Positions 8,574 to 17,870 are shown, numbered from the stretch's first letter. The stretch is 64,000 bases of DNA from an uncultured Actinomycetes bacterium (GCA_963744065.1 CAVUSN010000017.1:18496-82495); one strand, 5' to 3'. The notes: generated by a model from the sequence alone, not told the origin. Translations and numbers: made by a program.

Positions 8574-9708
8574 AGGGCCGCGAATCCGTGAACGGCGCCC
8601 GCCCCAGCATCAGATCGACCGCCAGCCGGGCGGAGCCGGCGCCGGTCAGGATGCCCTGGCTGCCGTGGCCGGCGCACACGGTTACGTGCTCGTCCATGCG
8701 GTCGATGTAGGGAAGGCCGTCGGGCGAGCTGGGGCGCAGGCCGCTCCAGGTGGCCACCACCTCGCGGGCGCGCACTCCCGGCACCAGCTGGCAGGCCCGC
8801 GCGGCGATCTGCTCCACAGCCGCCGCGCTCTCCGCTCCCTCGTGCAGGCCGGCCGACTTGGAGCCGCCCAGCAGCACACCGCCGCCGGCCGCCTGGTGGG
8901 CGATCAGGCGATGGGCGGGCCGGGCGCCGGTCTCGGGGATAACGCCGCTTCCCAGCTCCTCGACGGTGATCCCGCGCCCGGGCGGAGGGCCGATGGGGAG
9001 CTGCCAGCCGGCCTCGATCACGATCCGCCGGAGCAGCGGCGGGCCGGGCGCGGTGACGGCCAGCCAGCCGCGCACCGGTCGCACGGCCAGGTCGTGTCCC
9101 AGCCAGCCGGCCAGCCGGCGCGTCCAGGCGCCGGCGGCCAGCAGCACCTGCTCGGCGTGCAGGGTGCCGGTGTCGGTGACGACCGCGCAGCCGTCCTTGG
9201 CGGTCTCCAGCCGGCGCACCTCGACGGCGGTGCGGATCTCCGCCCCGGCGGCCGCTGCGGCGGCGGCCTGGGCGGCGGTCAGGGTGGGGGCGTGCACGCG
9301 CCAGCCGTCCCCCAGCAGCAGGCCGCCCAGCGCCAGGGCGGAAAGCTGCGGCTCGGCCTCGCGCACACGGTCGGCGTCCAGGAACTGCGCCTCCGGCGCC
9401 GTCGCGGTGGCCAGTTCGGCCACCTCCTCGGGGGCGGTGGCGATGACCAGCGTGCCGATGTCGCCCGCATCCAGGGCGAAGTGCGCCTCGGTCTGCTCGG
9501 ATAGCTCGCGGTAGGCCGCGGTGCTGGCCCGCCACAGGGGCTCCAGCTCCGGCTCTCGGGGGGGCGAGATGATGCCGTTTGAGGCGCCGGACGCGCCCGA
9601 GGCCAGGGCGCCGCGCTCCAAGAGCGTCACCTGCGCGCCGGCCCGAGCCAACTCGAGGGCGGCCGCGGTGCCCACCACGCCGCCCCCGATCACGATCACA
9701 TCCGGCAT
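8548..9708 (-). CDS. FAD-dependent oxidoreductase (DAO / glycine-oxidase family)
   Basis: N-terminal dinucleotide fold MPDVIVIGGGVVGTAAALELARAGAQVTLLER. The length and the C-terminal ..CAGHGSQGILTGAGSARL.. are typical of the DAO family. Confidence 0.75.
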   Translation of the reverse strand: MPDVIVIGGGVVGTAAALELARAGAQVTLLERGALASGASGASNGIISPPREPELEPLWRASTAAYRELSEQTEAHFALDAGDIGTLVIATAPEEVAELATATAPEAQFLDADRVREAEPQLSALALGGLLLGDGWRVHAPTLTAAQAAAAAAAGAEIRTAVEVRRLETAKDGCAVVTDTGTLHAEQVLLAAGAWTRRLAGWLGHDLAVRPVRGWLAVTAPGPPLLRRIVIEAGWQLPIGPPPGRGITVEELGSGVIPETGARPAHRLIAHQAAGGGVLLGGSKSAGLHEGAESAAAVEQIAARACQLVPGVRAREVVATWSGLRPSSPDGLPYIDRMDEHVTVCAGHGSQGILTGAGSARLAVDLMLGRAPFTDSRPFRLGRPIA

Positions 9709-9753
9709 GGCGGCACCCTACAGAACACCCGCTGTTGCGCCGATAGCCGGGAT

Positions 9754-10395
9754 ATGGAGACGGCGCTTCCACTGGCGGGGGTCGGGTTCGCCCTGGGTTG
9801 GCCGCTGGAGATGCTGATCCAGCGCTTCCCCAAGGGCGAGGGGAGCGCGCCTTCCAGCCGCCGCCGGTGGGTGGTGGCGGCGATCACCGCGGTGCTCTTC
9901 GCCGCGCTGGCCCTGCGCATCGGCTTTCACCCGCAGCTGGCGCCGGCGCTTCTGATCACGGCGCTGGTGGTGCCGGCCTCGGCCATCGACATCTCCCACC
10001 GGATCATCCCCAACGCCATCAACCTGCCGGGTGCGGTGGCCGTGTTCGCGGTGGCCGTGGCGGCCCAGCCGGATCGTTGGTGGGAGTTCCTGGCCGGCGG
10101 CCTGGGCGCGGCGCTCTTCCTCGGCCTGGCCTGGATCGTCTACCCAAAGGGCATGGGCGCCGGTGACGTCAAGCTGGCGCTGATGACCGGGCTGGGTGTG
10201 GGCAAGTACGCGCTGATCGCGCTCTTCGCCGGCTTCGTGCTGTCGCTGGTGCCGTCCATCGTGCTCCTGATGGCGCAGGGCGTGCGCGGCCGCAAGGCCA
10301 CCTTCCCCTTCGGGCCGTTCCTGGCCGCAGGTGCGGTGATCGCGCTGCTGTGGGGGCCGCAGCTGTGGTCGCTGTGGCTCACCGGCCACGCTTAG
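9754..10395 (+). CDS. prepilin peptidase (A24 family)
   Basis: Polytopic membrane protein with the two catalytic-Asp contexts (SAIDISHRIIPN and GMGAGDVKL) and FPFGPFL near the C-terminus. Confidence 0.8.
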   Translation: METALPLAGVGFALGWPLEMLIQRFPKGEGSAPSSRRRWVVAAITAVLFAALALRIGFHPQLAPALLITALVVPASAIDISHRIIPNAINLPGAVAVFAVAVAAQPDRWWEFLAGGLGAALFLGLAWIVYPKGMGAGDVKLALMTGLGVGKYALIALFAGFVLSLVPSIVLLMAQGVRGRKATFPFGPFLAAGAVIALLWGPQLWSLWLTGHA

Positions 10396-10429
10396 GGAAC
10401 CTTCCGGGTCCCTTGCGCGTCACAGGGAC

Positions 10430-10882
10430 ATGAAGCTCGCTGCAATCCTCGTGGTGGCCGGGGCGCTCGTGGTCGGCGCGTGGACGCTGGGTACGAGTTC
10501 ATCCAGCCATCGATCCACGCTGACCCCGACCGATAGACGGATTCAGGCGGTGGCGCTGCATATCGCGCGCGAGCTGGGCGACAGATCGCCGACCAGGATC
10601 GCTTGGGTGGCCAGCCGGCACCGGGCGGCCGAGCGGGTCGCCAGTGGCGACTGGGTGGATACGAACCAGCCCGTGTACCTGGTGGCGCTGCGCGGCCGGT
10701 TCATCGACCGCATGGCGTCGGTCCCGCCGGGCGGCAAGCCGCCCCGGGGGACGGTGCTGACCCTGGCCCTGGACCGCACGCATCTCAGCGTGCTGGATCT
10801 CGGGCTCTCGGGCCGCTGGCCCAGGCTGTCAGAGCTCGGGCCGGTGCATGCGATCACACAGGGGGCGGCCGCGACGCGCTGA
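10430..10882 (+). CDS. hypothetical secreted protein
   Basis: 150-aa ORF with an N-terminal signal/TM segment (MKLAAILVVAGALVVGAWTLG). No family recognised. Confidence 0.5.
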   Translation: MKLAAILVVAGALVVGAWTLGTSSSSHRSTLTPTDRRIQAVALHIARELGDRSPTRIAWVASRHRAAERVASGDWVDTNQPVYLVALRGRFIDRMASVPPGGKPPRGTVLTLALDRTHLSVLDLGLSGRWPRLSELGPVHAITQGAAATR

Positions 10883-11354
10883 CCCAGCGCCGCTGGGCGT
10901 GCCAGCGGTGGATCGTGCGCCGGCTGGGAGCGTGTGCCGAGCAGTTCTGGCCCGCCAGCAACTGGCCGACCGCGCCGACCCCGGCGTGCGGGCTCGCTCC
11001 ACCGGCGAACCGCCGCTCGAGTGCCGCGCGCAGCTCCGGCCAGGCGTAGCTGCCTGGCCGTCGCCGCGCAGGCTTCTCGCGCAGCGAGGCGATGTGGGCG
11101 GTCAGCGCCTTGCTGCGGCTGGCCGTCATGCAGCCATGGGCCGACCACAGCCGCTCCAGCGTGAGCACGAAGTCGCGCCCGCCGCGCATGGTCTGGAACT
11201 CGCGGCTCGCGTGCTCCGCGCACAGCCACACCTGGACGCCGTGGGTCAGCCGCAGCTGCTGTGTGCGCCCGCGGGTTCGGTCCACGCAGATCGCGCACAC
11301 CTGCTGCTTCGCCGGAACGCCCCGGGCCTTGTACAGCGTCGCCACGTATGCCAT
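10854..11354 (-). CDS. hypothetical Cys/His-containing protein (possible zinc-binding N-terminus)
   Basis: 166-aa ORF with VCAICVDRTRG..(19 aa)..WLCAEHAS. Its start lies 52 bp downstream (on its own strand) of repeat locus B. No family recognised. Confidence 0.45.
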   Translation of the reverse strand: MAYVATLYKARGVPAKQQVCAICVDRTRGRTQQLRLTHGVQVWLCAEHASREFQTMRGGRDFVLTLERLWSAHGCMTASRSKALTAHIASLREKPARRRPGSYAWPELRAALERRFAGGASPHAGVGAVGQLLAGQNCSAHAPSRRTIHRWHAQRRWVSASRPPPV

Positions 11355-11405
11355 GCGGGGAGTCTGGCCGGACGGGTGTCATGTGTGGGTCACGACCCGT
11401 GCCAA

Positions 11406-11557
11406 GATCGTCACACAACACAAGTGGCACTACCGAGCACCGACAAGTGGCGCACGGTGCTCAGCACATCGCGCAAGTGGCACTCGGCGGCATCGACAAG
11501 TGGCGAGCGAGGCTCGTTGTACCGCCCAAGTGACACTCAGTCGCACTGACAAGTGGC
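11406..11557 (-). repeat. GCCACTTG repeat family, locus B: six cores arranged as three 53-bp (23+30) higher-order units
   Basis: The plus strand shows caagtggc at 11421, 11444, 11474, 11497, 11550 and caagtgac at 11527, with spacings 23/30/23/30/23. On the minus strand the 23-nt units read gccacttgtcagtgcgactgagt / gccacttgtcgatgccgccgagt / gccacttgtcggtgctcggtagt. Confidence 0.9.
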
Positions 11558-11634
11558 GGGACCACGGCGAGATATCACAGCTCGGCGTCGCGTGCGCTTC
11601 TGGTGTGCGGCGAACTGAAGAGGAGCGGCGCCGG

Positions 11635-12222
11635 CTACGAGTGTGAGCCGCGGCTCGCCACGAGACCGTTCGCCACCTCGCTGGCCACGGCGACGGCGTG
11701 GTCCGTGCCGAAGGTGGCCGCGGGGCCGATTACCACCACCTGGTAGCGGCCGACTAGGAAGGTGACGCTGGTAGCCGGCGGGCCCGCCATCAATGCACCC
11801 TGGATCGCCGGCGTGACCGCGACCGGGCGGTTGTCGGTGCAGTCTGTACACACCGAGCTGAGCTCCCGGATGAAGGACTGGTCGACGACGCCGGGCGGCC
11901 CTTTTTCCTCGACGACGCGCAGCACACCGAAGGGCGACGACTGGCCGTACTGGAGGGTCACAACCGGCTGGTCCGCCGGCGAATGTGCCGGGTCGGAGAC
12001 GAACACGTACGACGGCGTTCCTGCATCGGCGGGCACGGCCGCCGGGAAGGGGAGGGTCGCCGGGGAGGGCCGTTTGTCGACCGCGACCGTCTTCATCCCG
12101 TCCACGTGGGACGCCGACCACAGGAACGGTTCGCCCGCGGTCGGCGGTGCCGCCTGTCGACGTCCCTCGGCGACTAGCACAATAACGAGGCACGCTGCCA
12201 GCGCACTGCCCAGCCATCTCAT
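11635..12222 (-). CDS. hypothetical secreted protein
   Basis: 195-aa ORF with a signal-like N-terminus (MRWLGSALAACLVIVLVAEG). No family recognised. Confidence 0.5.
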   Translation of the reverse strand: MRWLGSALAACLVIVLVAEGRRQAAPPTAGEPFLWSASHVDGMKTVAVDKRPSPATLPFPAAVPADAGTPSYVFVSDPAHSPADQPVVTLQYGQSSPFGVLRVVEEKGPPGVVDQSFIRELSSVCTDCTDNRPVAVTPAIQGALMAGPPATSVTFLVGRYQVVVIGPAATFGTDHAVAVASEVANGLVASRGSHS

Positions 12223-12269
12223 GTTCAGTGGACGCCTGCCGTTGTCCGAAAGTTTCCCGCCGCAGCGCG

Positions 12270-12869
12270 TTACAGCGCCGCAAACCGGAACCGCGGCGGC
12301 CTCGTCCCGACCGCGATCAGGTGCACGTAGCTCCCATCAGCCGCAGCGGTGGCGAGGTCGAGCCGGTAGGGCGTCGAGTCGGGCAGTACGAACACGAAGC
12401 GGCTGTCGAGGCTCAGCGTGGCATCCAGGTTGCGAGTGACCGGGATCGTCGGGTGCACCCGGTGCAAGCGGACAAGGAGCACGCCGCCGGTCCAGAACTG
12501 CCCCACGTAGAAGATGCAGAAGGCGTGCTTTGGGCAGGAGTAGCGGCTGGCTCGATACTCAGCCAACAGGCGATCCTTCGTCGCCATATCCAGCACCGGC
12601 CGGTTGGGCTCGGTAAGACCGGTGGACGCCAGCCGGACTGCATGCGACGACCCGCCGCCAAAGCACCCGCTGACCACGAGTCCGACGAGGGTGCCAAGCG
12701 CGAGGTGCTGAGAGGCGCGTCGCACCCTCGTAGGACGATTCCACCGGGCCGCAAGTTCGCCGCGGGTCCGCGCCGCGCGGCGCGACACGCCCTCCCGCGT
12801 GCGCGCCGCGCGACGCAGACCGCCCCCTCCGGCGATCTGCCCGTTGCCTACCCCGGCTAACGTCGGCAC
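12270..12869 (-). CDS. hypothetical lipoprotein candidate
   Basis: Contains a lipobox-like LVGLVVSGC preceded by a basic stretch. The true start is probably internal or non-ATG. No family recognised. Confidence 0.4.
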   Translation of the reverse strand: MPTLAGVGNGQIAGGGGLRRAARTREGVSRRAARTRGELAARWNRPTRVRRASQHLALGTLVGLVVSGCFGGGSSHAVRLASTGLTEPNRPVLDMATKDRLLAEYRASRYSCPKHAFCIFYVGQFWTGGVLLVRLHRVHPTIPVTRNLDATLSLDSRFVFVLPDSTPYRLDLATAAADGSYVHLIAVGTRPPRFRFAAL

Positions 12870-12967
12870 GAACGTCGTGCAAGCATGCGGGCATCGAAGC
12901 AGACGACACCACGATCCGCACCGAGCGCCTGGAACTGACCTCGCTGACCGTCGACGACGCCGACGAG

Positions 12968-13432
12968 ATGGCCGGCGTGCTCGCCGATCCGCGCCTGCAC
13001 GAGTTCATCGGCGGCGGGCCCGACTCGCCAGCCGAGTTGTGCGAGCGGTACCGCCGGTGGGTCGCCGGCCCCGGCGACGAGCGCACCGAGTGGCTGAACT
13101 GGATCGTGCGCACGCGGCAAGATGGAGCCGCCGCCGGCGCGGTGCAGGCGACTGTGGAAACCGCGCCGGACGGCAGCCGCGGCGCTGACGTGGCGTGGGT
13201 GATCGGCGTCGCCTGGCAGGGACGTGGCTACGCCTCTGAGGCCGCCAGCGCGCTCGTCGGGTGGCTGCGAGGCCGCGGTATCGACGACATCAGCGCGAAC
13301 ATCCACCCCGACCATCACGCCTCCGCTGCCGTAGCCCGCCGGGCCGGCCTGCGACCGACAGACGAGCAGCACGAGGGCGAGACGGTGTGGCGATCGGGCG
13401 GACAGCCGCCCCGCCGCCGTCCCCCTCGGTAG
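12968..13432 (+). CDS. GNAT-family N-acetyltransferase (RimJ/RimL-like)
   Basis: ..WVIGVAWQGRGYASEAASALVGWL..I.ANIHPDHHASAAVARRAGL.. is the acetyl-CoA-binding motif A region. The conserved N-terminus (TERLELTSLTVDDADE) extends upstream of the first in-frame ATG. The only upstream ATG (12885) is out of frame, so a start-proximal indel is possible. Confidence 0.7.
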   Translation: MAGVLADPRLHEFIGGGPDSPAELCERYRRWVAGPGDERTEWLNWIVRTRQDGAAAGAVQATVETAPDGSRGADVAWVIGVAWQGRGYASEAASALVGWLRGRGIDDISANIHPDHHASAAVARRAGLRPTDEQHEGETVWRSGGQPPRRRPPR

Positions 13433-13442
13433 GCTCTGGGCC

Positions 13443-14627
13443 ATGTCGCTCAGCTACGTCACCGCCGGGGAATCCCACGGCCCCGGCCTGACCGTCGTCA
13501 TCTCCGGCCTGCCGGCCGGCCTTGAGCTCGACCACGAGCTGATCCGGGCAGACTTGGCCCGCCGCCAGGCGGGCTACGGCCGCAGCCCTCGCCAGAAGCT
13601 GGAGACCGACGACGTGGAGCCGCGCGGCGGCCTGCGCCATGGGCGCACGCTGGGCAGCCCGCTTGCATTCTTCATCCAGAACCGAGACCACCAGAACTGG
13701 CTGGCCCCGATGAGCGCCTGGCCGGTGCGCGAAAGCGAGCTCGAGCAGTACGGCTGGCGCGGCCGACCTGTGTCGCTGCCGCGGCCCGGGCACGCCGACC
13801 TGGCCGGCGTCCTCAAGTACGGCCACGACGACGTGCGAAACGTGCTGGAGCGGGCCAGCGCCCGCGAGACGGCGGCCCGGGTGGCGGCCGGCGCGGTCGC
13901 CAAGGCGCTCATCCGCACGATCGGGATCGAGGTGCGAAGCCACGTGCTGCAGGTCGGCTCGGTGCGGGCGACGCCGCCGGCCTGGCTCTCGGTGGACGAT
14001 TTCGAGCGTGCCGAGTCCTCGCAGGTGCGCTGCATCGACCCCGCCGCCGAGGCCGCCATGATCGCCGAGATCGAGGCCGCCAAGGCCGAGCGCGACACGC
14101 TGGGCGGGGTCACCGAGGTGCGCGCCTTCGGCGTGCCGCCCGGGCTCGGATCGCACGTCTCCGCCGACCGCCGGCTGGACGGCCGGATCGCCGCCGCCAT
14201 GCTCTCCATCCAGTCCGCCAAGGGGGTCGAGATCGGTGACGCGATCGCCTCGGCCGCCCGCCGCGGATCCAGCGTGCACGACGAGATCTTCCACTCCGAC
14301 GAGCTCGGCTACCACCGCCAGTCCGACCGCGCCGGCGGCCTGGAGGGCGGCATGACCAACGGCGCTGACCTCGTCGTGCGCACCATCTGGAAGCCGCTGC
14401 CGACGCTCATGCGGCCGCTGCGAAGCGTGGAGTTGGGTAGCCACGAGCCGCGCGAGGCGCATGTCGAGCGAAGCGACGTGACGGTGCTGCCGGCGGCCGC
14501 GGTGGTGGCCGAGGCGGCACTGGCGTTCGAGCTGGGCCGGGCGGCGCTCGAGAAGTTCGGGGGCGACGCGCTGGTCGATTTCACAGCCGCCCACGCCGCC
14601 TACATGGACCGCATCAGCTCGGCATGA
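13443..14627 (+). CDS. aroC: chorismate synthase
   Basis: MSLSYVTAGESHGPGLTVVISGLPAG..RPGHADLAG..RASARETAARVAAGAVAK..SIQSAKGVEIG. Confidence 0.95.
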   Translation: MSLSYVTAGESHGPGLTVVISGLPAGLELDHELIRADLARRQAGYGRSPRQKLETDDVEPRGGLRHGRTLGSPLAFFIQNRDHQNWLAPMSAWPVRESELEQYGWRGRPVSLPRPGHADLAGVLKYGHDDVRNVLERASARETAARVAAGAVAKALIRTIGIEVRSHVLQVGSVRATPPAWLSVDDFERAESSQVRCIDPAAEAAMIAEIEAAKAERDTLGGVTEVRAFGVPPGLGSHVSADRRLDGRIAAAMLSIQSAKGVEIGDAIASAARRGSSVHDEIFHSDELGYHRQSDRAGGLEGGMTNGADLVVRTIWKPLPTLMRPLRSVELGSHEPREAHVERSDVTVLPAAAVVAEAALAFELGRAALEKFGGDALVDFTAAHAAYMDRISSA

Positions 14628-16120
14628 TCCCCGGGCCGTACCGAAACGTTGCCCTAATCGGCTTCATGGGGGCCGGCAAGACCACCGCCGGCACCCGCCT
14701 GGCCGAGCGCCTGGGCTGGCGGTTCGTGGATGCAGACTCCGTCATCGAGCGCGACCAGGGCGAGTCGATCACGGCCATCTTTGACCGCCTGGGCGAGTCC
14801 GGTTTCCGCGAGATCGAGGAGCGGGTGGTGGCCGACCTGCTGGCCGAGACCAATGCGGTGATCGCCCTGGGCGGTGGCGCGGTGGGCTCGCCGGTGACCC
14901 GCGAGCGGCTGCGCGAGGGCTCCTACACGGTGCTGCTGGACGTGTCCCCGCAGGTGGCCTGGCGGCGGGTGGAGGCCGAGGCCGGCGACCGCCCGCTGGC
15001 CCGCGAGGCGGAGGCCTTCCGAGCGCTGTACGAGTCCCGGCGGGCCACCTACGCCGCGGCCGCCGACGCGCTGGTGGACGCCGACGAGGTGCACGGCGAC
15101 GAGCCGATGCTGGTGCCGCTGGCTCGCACCGGCGCGCTGTTCGAGCTGCCGCGGCTGATCGGCGCTCGGCGGGCTGCGCTGATCGCCGATCGCGACGTGC
15201 TGCGGGTGGTTGGAAAGCCGTTCGACCCCTTCGTCACCGTCCGCCTGCCGGCCGGCGAGGCGGCAAAGACGGTGGCTGTGGCCCGCCAGGCCTGGCGCCG
15301 GCTGGCCGACCTGGGGCTGGAACGGGGCGACGTGGTGGTGGCCCTGGGCGGCGGCGCCGCCACCGATCTGGGCGGCTTCGTGGCCGCCACCTACCTGCGT
15401 GGTGTGGCCTGGATCGCCGCGCCCACGTCGCTCCTGGCGGCGGTGGACGCCGGCATCGGCGGCAAGACCGGGATCGACCTGCCGCAGGCCAAGAACTTCA
15501 TCGGCGCCTTCCATCAGCCCGAGTGGGTGGTGGCCGACCCCGGCGTGCTGGACACGCTGCCGCTGCGCGAGTGGGCGTGCGGCTTCGCCGAGGTGGTCAA
15601 GGCCGGCCTGCTGGCCGGCGGCCGGCTGTGGAAGCTGGTGCGCGAGTGGCAGCCCGGCCGCGGCACGCCCGAGCAGCGGCTGGAGCTGATCCGCCGCAGC
15701 GCCGCCTACAAGGCCCGCATGGTGGCAGCCGACCCGCTCGAGCAGGGCATGCGGGCGGCGCTCAACCTCGGCCACACGATCGGCCATGCGGTGGAGACGG
15801 CGGGCGGCCACAAGGCCTACGCGCACGGCGAGGCCGTGGCCATCGGCCTGCTGCCGGCGCTGTGGCTGTCGGCCCAGGCCTGCGGGCTGGATCCGGCGCT
15901 GGAGAATGAGGTGCGCGAGCTCTTGGAGCATCACGGCCTGCCCACCGTGGCCCGCGGCGTCAGCGCCGAGACGGTGCTGGAGGCCATGACCCGCGACAAG
16001 AAGGTGCGCGACGGCCGCATCCGCTTCTCGCTGCTCGAGGCTGTCGGCCAGCCGGTGATCGGCATCGACCCCGGCGACGAGCTGGTGCGCGAGGCGGTGT
16101 CGCGCGCGATCGCCGCCTGA
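14624..16120 (+). CDS. aroB: bifunctional shikimate kinase / 3-dehydroquinate synthase (AroK-AroB fusion)
   Basis: The N-terminus IGFMGAGKTTAGTRLAERLGWRFVDAD..FRE.E is the AroK P-loop. From ~aa 170: VVALGGGAATDLGGFVAATYLRGV..PTSLLAAVDAGIGGKTGIDL..KNFIGAFHQP..NLGHTIGHA is AroB. It is a single uninterrupted ORF. Confidence 0.9.
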   Translation: MIPGPYRNVALIGFMGAGKTTAGTRLAERLGWRFVDADSVIERDQGESITAIFDRLGESGFREIEERVVADLLAETNAVIALGGGAVGSPVTRERLREGSYTVLLDVSPQVAWRRVEAEAGDRPLAREAEAFRALYESRRATYAAAADALVDADEVHGDEPMLVPLARTGALFELPRLIGARRAALIADRDVLRVVGKPFDPFVTVRLPAGEAAKTVAVARQAWRRLADLGLERGDVVVALGGGAATDLGGFVAATYLRGVAWIAAPTSLLAAVDAGIGGKTGIDLPQAKNFIGAFHQPEWVVADPGVLDTLPLREWACGFAEVVKAGLLAGGRLWKLVREWQPGRGTPEQRLELIRRSAAYKARMVAADPLEQGMRAALNLGHTIGHAVETAGGHKAYAHGEAVAIGLLPALWLSAQACGLDPALENEVRELLEHHGLPTVARGVSAETVLEAMTRDKKVRDGRIRFSLLEAVGQPVIGIDPGDELVREAVSRAIAA

Positions 16121-16345
16121 CCCTGCCCGCCCCGGGCGGCGGACGTCTGCGATCCGCCGCCCGGGCCGCGGGCTCTGCCTGACTCCCTAGGGTCAGGACA
16201 GCGGACCCGGAAAGCTCGGTCCGTGCGCCGCAGTCTCCTCCTCGAAGATTGAGCTGATGGTGGGTTTTCGGTAACGATCGTGTGACGATCTGCGCCGCCC
16301 GCCACCCGGACTTTCACGGTTCGCCGGTCGAGTAACCTCTCGCAA

Positions 16346-16774
16346 ATGCAGGTGGCAGTCCTGAACGGTGTCAACCTGAATATGCTCGGGCAGCGTGACC
16401 CCGACGTGTACGGCGACTTCACCCTGGACCAGCTCGAGACCCAGATCTATGCCTGGGCATCGGATCTGGCCATGGGCGTGCGCTGCACGCACACCAACTC
16501 CGAGGGCGAGTACGTGGACATGATCCACGAGGCCTGCGGCGACGCCGACGGCATGATCGTGAACCCCGGCGCCTGGACGCACTACAGCTACGCCATCCGC
16601 GACGCGCTGGAGATCTTTACGGGGCCGGTGATCGAGGTGCACCTGTCTGACATCGGGTCGCGGGAGCAGTGGCGCCGGCACTCGGTGATCGCCGACGTGG
16701 TCAGCCACCGCATCACCGGCAGCGGACCTGAGGGCTACCACGACGCCCTCAAGCGGCTGGTGGAGGCCGGGTGA
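16346..16774 (+). CDS. aroQ: type II 3-dehydroquinate dehydratase
   Basis: VLNGVNLNMLGQRDPDVYG..HTNSEGEYVD.IH..NPGAWTHYSYAIRDAL..PVIEVHLSD. Confidence 0.95.
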   Translation: MQVAVLNGVNLNMLGQRDPDVYGDFTLDQLETQIYAWASDLAMGVRCTHTNSEGEYVDMIHEACGDADGMIVNPGAWTHYSYAIRDALEIFTGPVIEVHLSDIGSREQWRRHSVIADVVSHRITGSGPEGYHDALKRLVEAG

Positions 16775-17850
16775 GCTACCCGGAGCGGATCCAGGGCGTG
16801 CGTGAGGCGCTGGAGGGGGCCGGCGCGGAGGCGCTGATCGTCTCCAATCTGGTCAACGTGCGCTACCTGACCGGGTTTGCCGGCTCAAACGCGGTGGTGA
16901 TCGTGGCGGGCGACGCCGCGACGTTCCTGACCGACTTCCGGTACGTCACCGCCAGCCAGCCGATCGGCGCCTTCATGCAGGTCGAGATGGCCGATCGGGA
17001 GGCGCTTCGGTATACGGCGGAGCACCTGTCCGAGCTGACCGGCGGGGCGGCCCGGGTGGGCTTCGAGGCCGCCCATCTGAGCGTTGCTGCACACGCCGTG
17101 CTGGCGGACGCCAACCCGGACGTCGAGCTCGTTTCCACCCGCGGTGCGGTCGAGCGCCTGCGGGTGATCAAGGAGCCCGCCGAGCAGGAGGCGGTGCGCC
17201 GCTCGGCTGCCCTGCTCGAGGGCGTCTATCGGACGCTGGCGGAGGAGGGCCTGGAGGGCCGCCGGGAGGTGGATGTGGCCTGGCGCGTGCGCGAGCTGCT
17301 GCACGAGGCGGGCGCGCAGGGGCTGTCGTTCGAGACCATCGTCGCCTCGCATGAGCGCGGCGCGCTGCCGCACGCGGTGCCGACCGAGGCGGTGATCGGC
17401 TCCGGCACGCTGGTCACCATCGATCTCGGCTGCATGCTGGACGGCTACGCATCGGACTGCACGCGCACATTTGCGGTCGGCCAGCCGGACTCCGAGCTGC
17501 GGGCGATCTACGACGTGTGCCTGGAGGCGCAGCTGGCGGCCATGGCGGCCATCCGCCCGGGCCTCGAGGGAGCCGACGCCGACGCGGTCGCCCGCGACAT
17601 CATCTCCGGCGCCGGCTACGGCGATCGCTTCGGGCATGGGCTGGGCCACGGGGTCGGGCTGGACATCCATGAGGAGCCGCGGCTCTCGGCGTCCTCGTCC
17701 GCAACCCTGGAGACCGGCATGGTCGTCACAGTGGAGCCGGGCATCTACCTGCCCGACCACGGTGGGGTGCGGATCGAGGACCTGGTGATCGTGACGGCCG
17801 ACGGCTGCGAGCGCCTGACCATGTACCCCAAAGAGCTCACAATCCTGTGA
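16771..17850 (+). CDS. Xaa-Pro aminopeptidase (M24B family)
   Basis: Creatinase-like N-domain followed by ..VTIDLGCMLDGYASDCTRTF..GHGLGHGVGLDIHE..VVTVEPGIY..GGVRIED. Conserved position between aroQ and efp. Confidence 0.85.
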   Translation: MSYPERIQGVREALEGAGAEALIVSNLVNVRYLTGFAGSNAVVIVAGDAATFLTDFRYVTASQPIGAFMQVEMADREALRYTAEHLSELTGGAARVGFEAAHLSVAAHAVLADANPDVELVSTRGAVERLRVIKEPAEQEAVRRSAALLEGVYRTLAEEGLEGRREVDVAWRVRELLHEAGAQGLSFETIVASHERGALPHAVPTEAVIGSGTLVTIDLGCMLDGYASDCTRTFAVGQPDSELRAIYDVCLEAQLAAMAAIRPGLEGADADAVARDIISGAGYGDRFGHGLGHGVGLDIHEEPRLSASSSATLETGMVVTVEPGIYLPDHGGVRIEDLVIVTADGCERLTMYPKELTIL

Positions 17851-17870
17851 CCTCTCTAGACTGACCCAGG

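Noticed and set aside
11406-11557. CRISPR-array interpretation of the 23/53-bp and 23-bp tandem repeats (also 27163-27254)
   Set aside because: The period is far too short. The conserved core is ~12 nt and the variable parts ~11-18 nt, well below known repeat and spacer lengths. No cas genes or leader are in the window, and arrays have only 2-6 units scattered over many loci.
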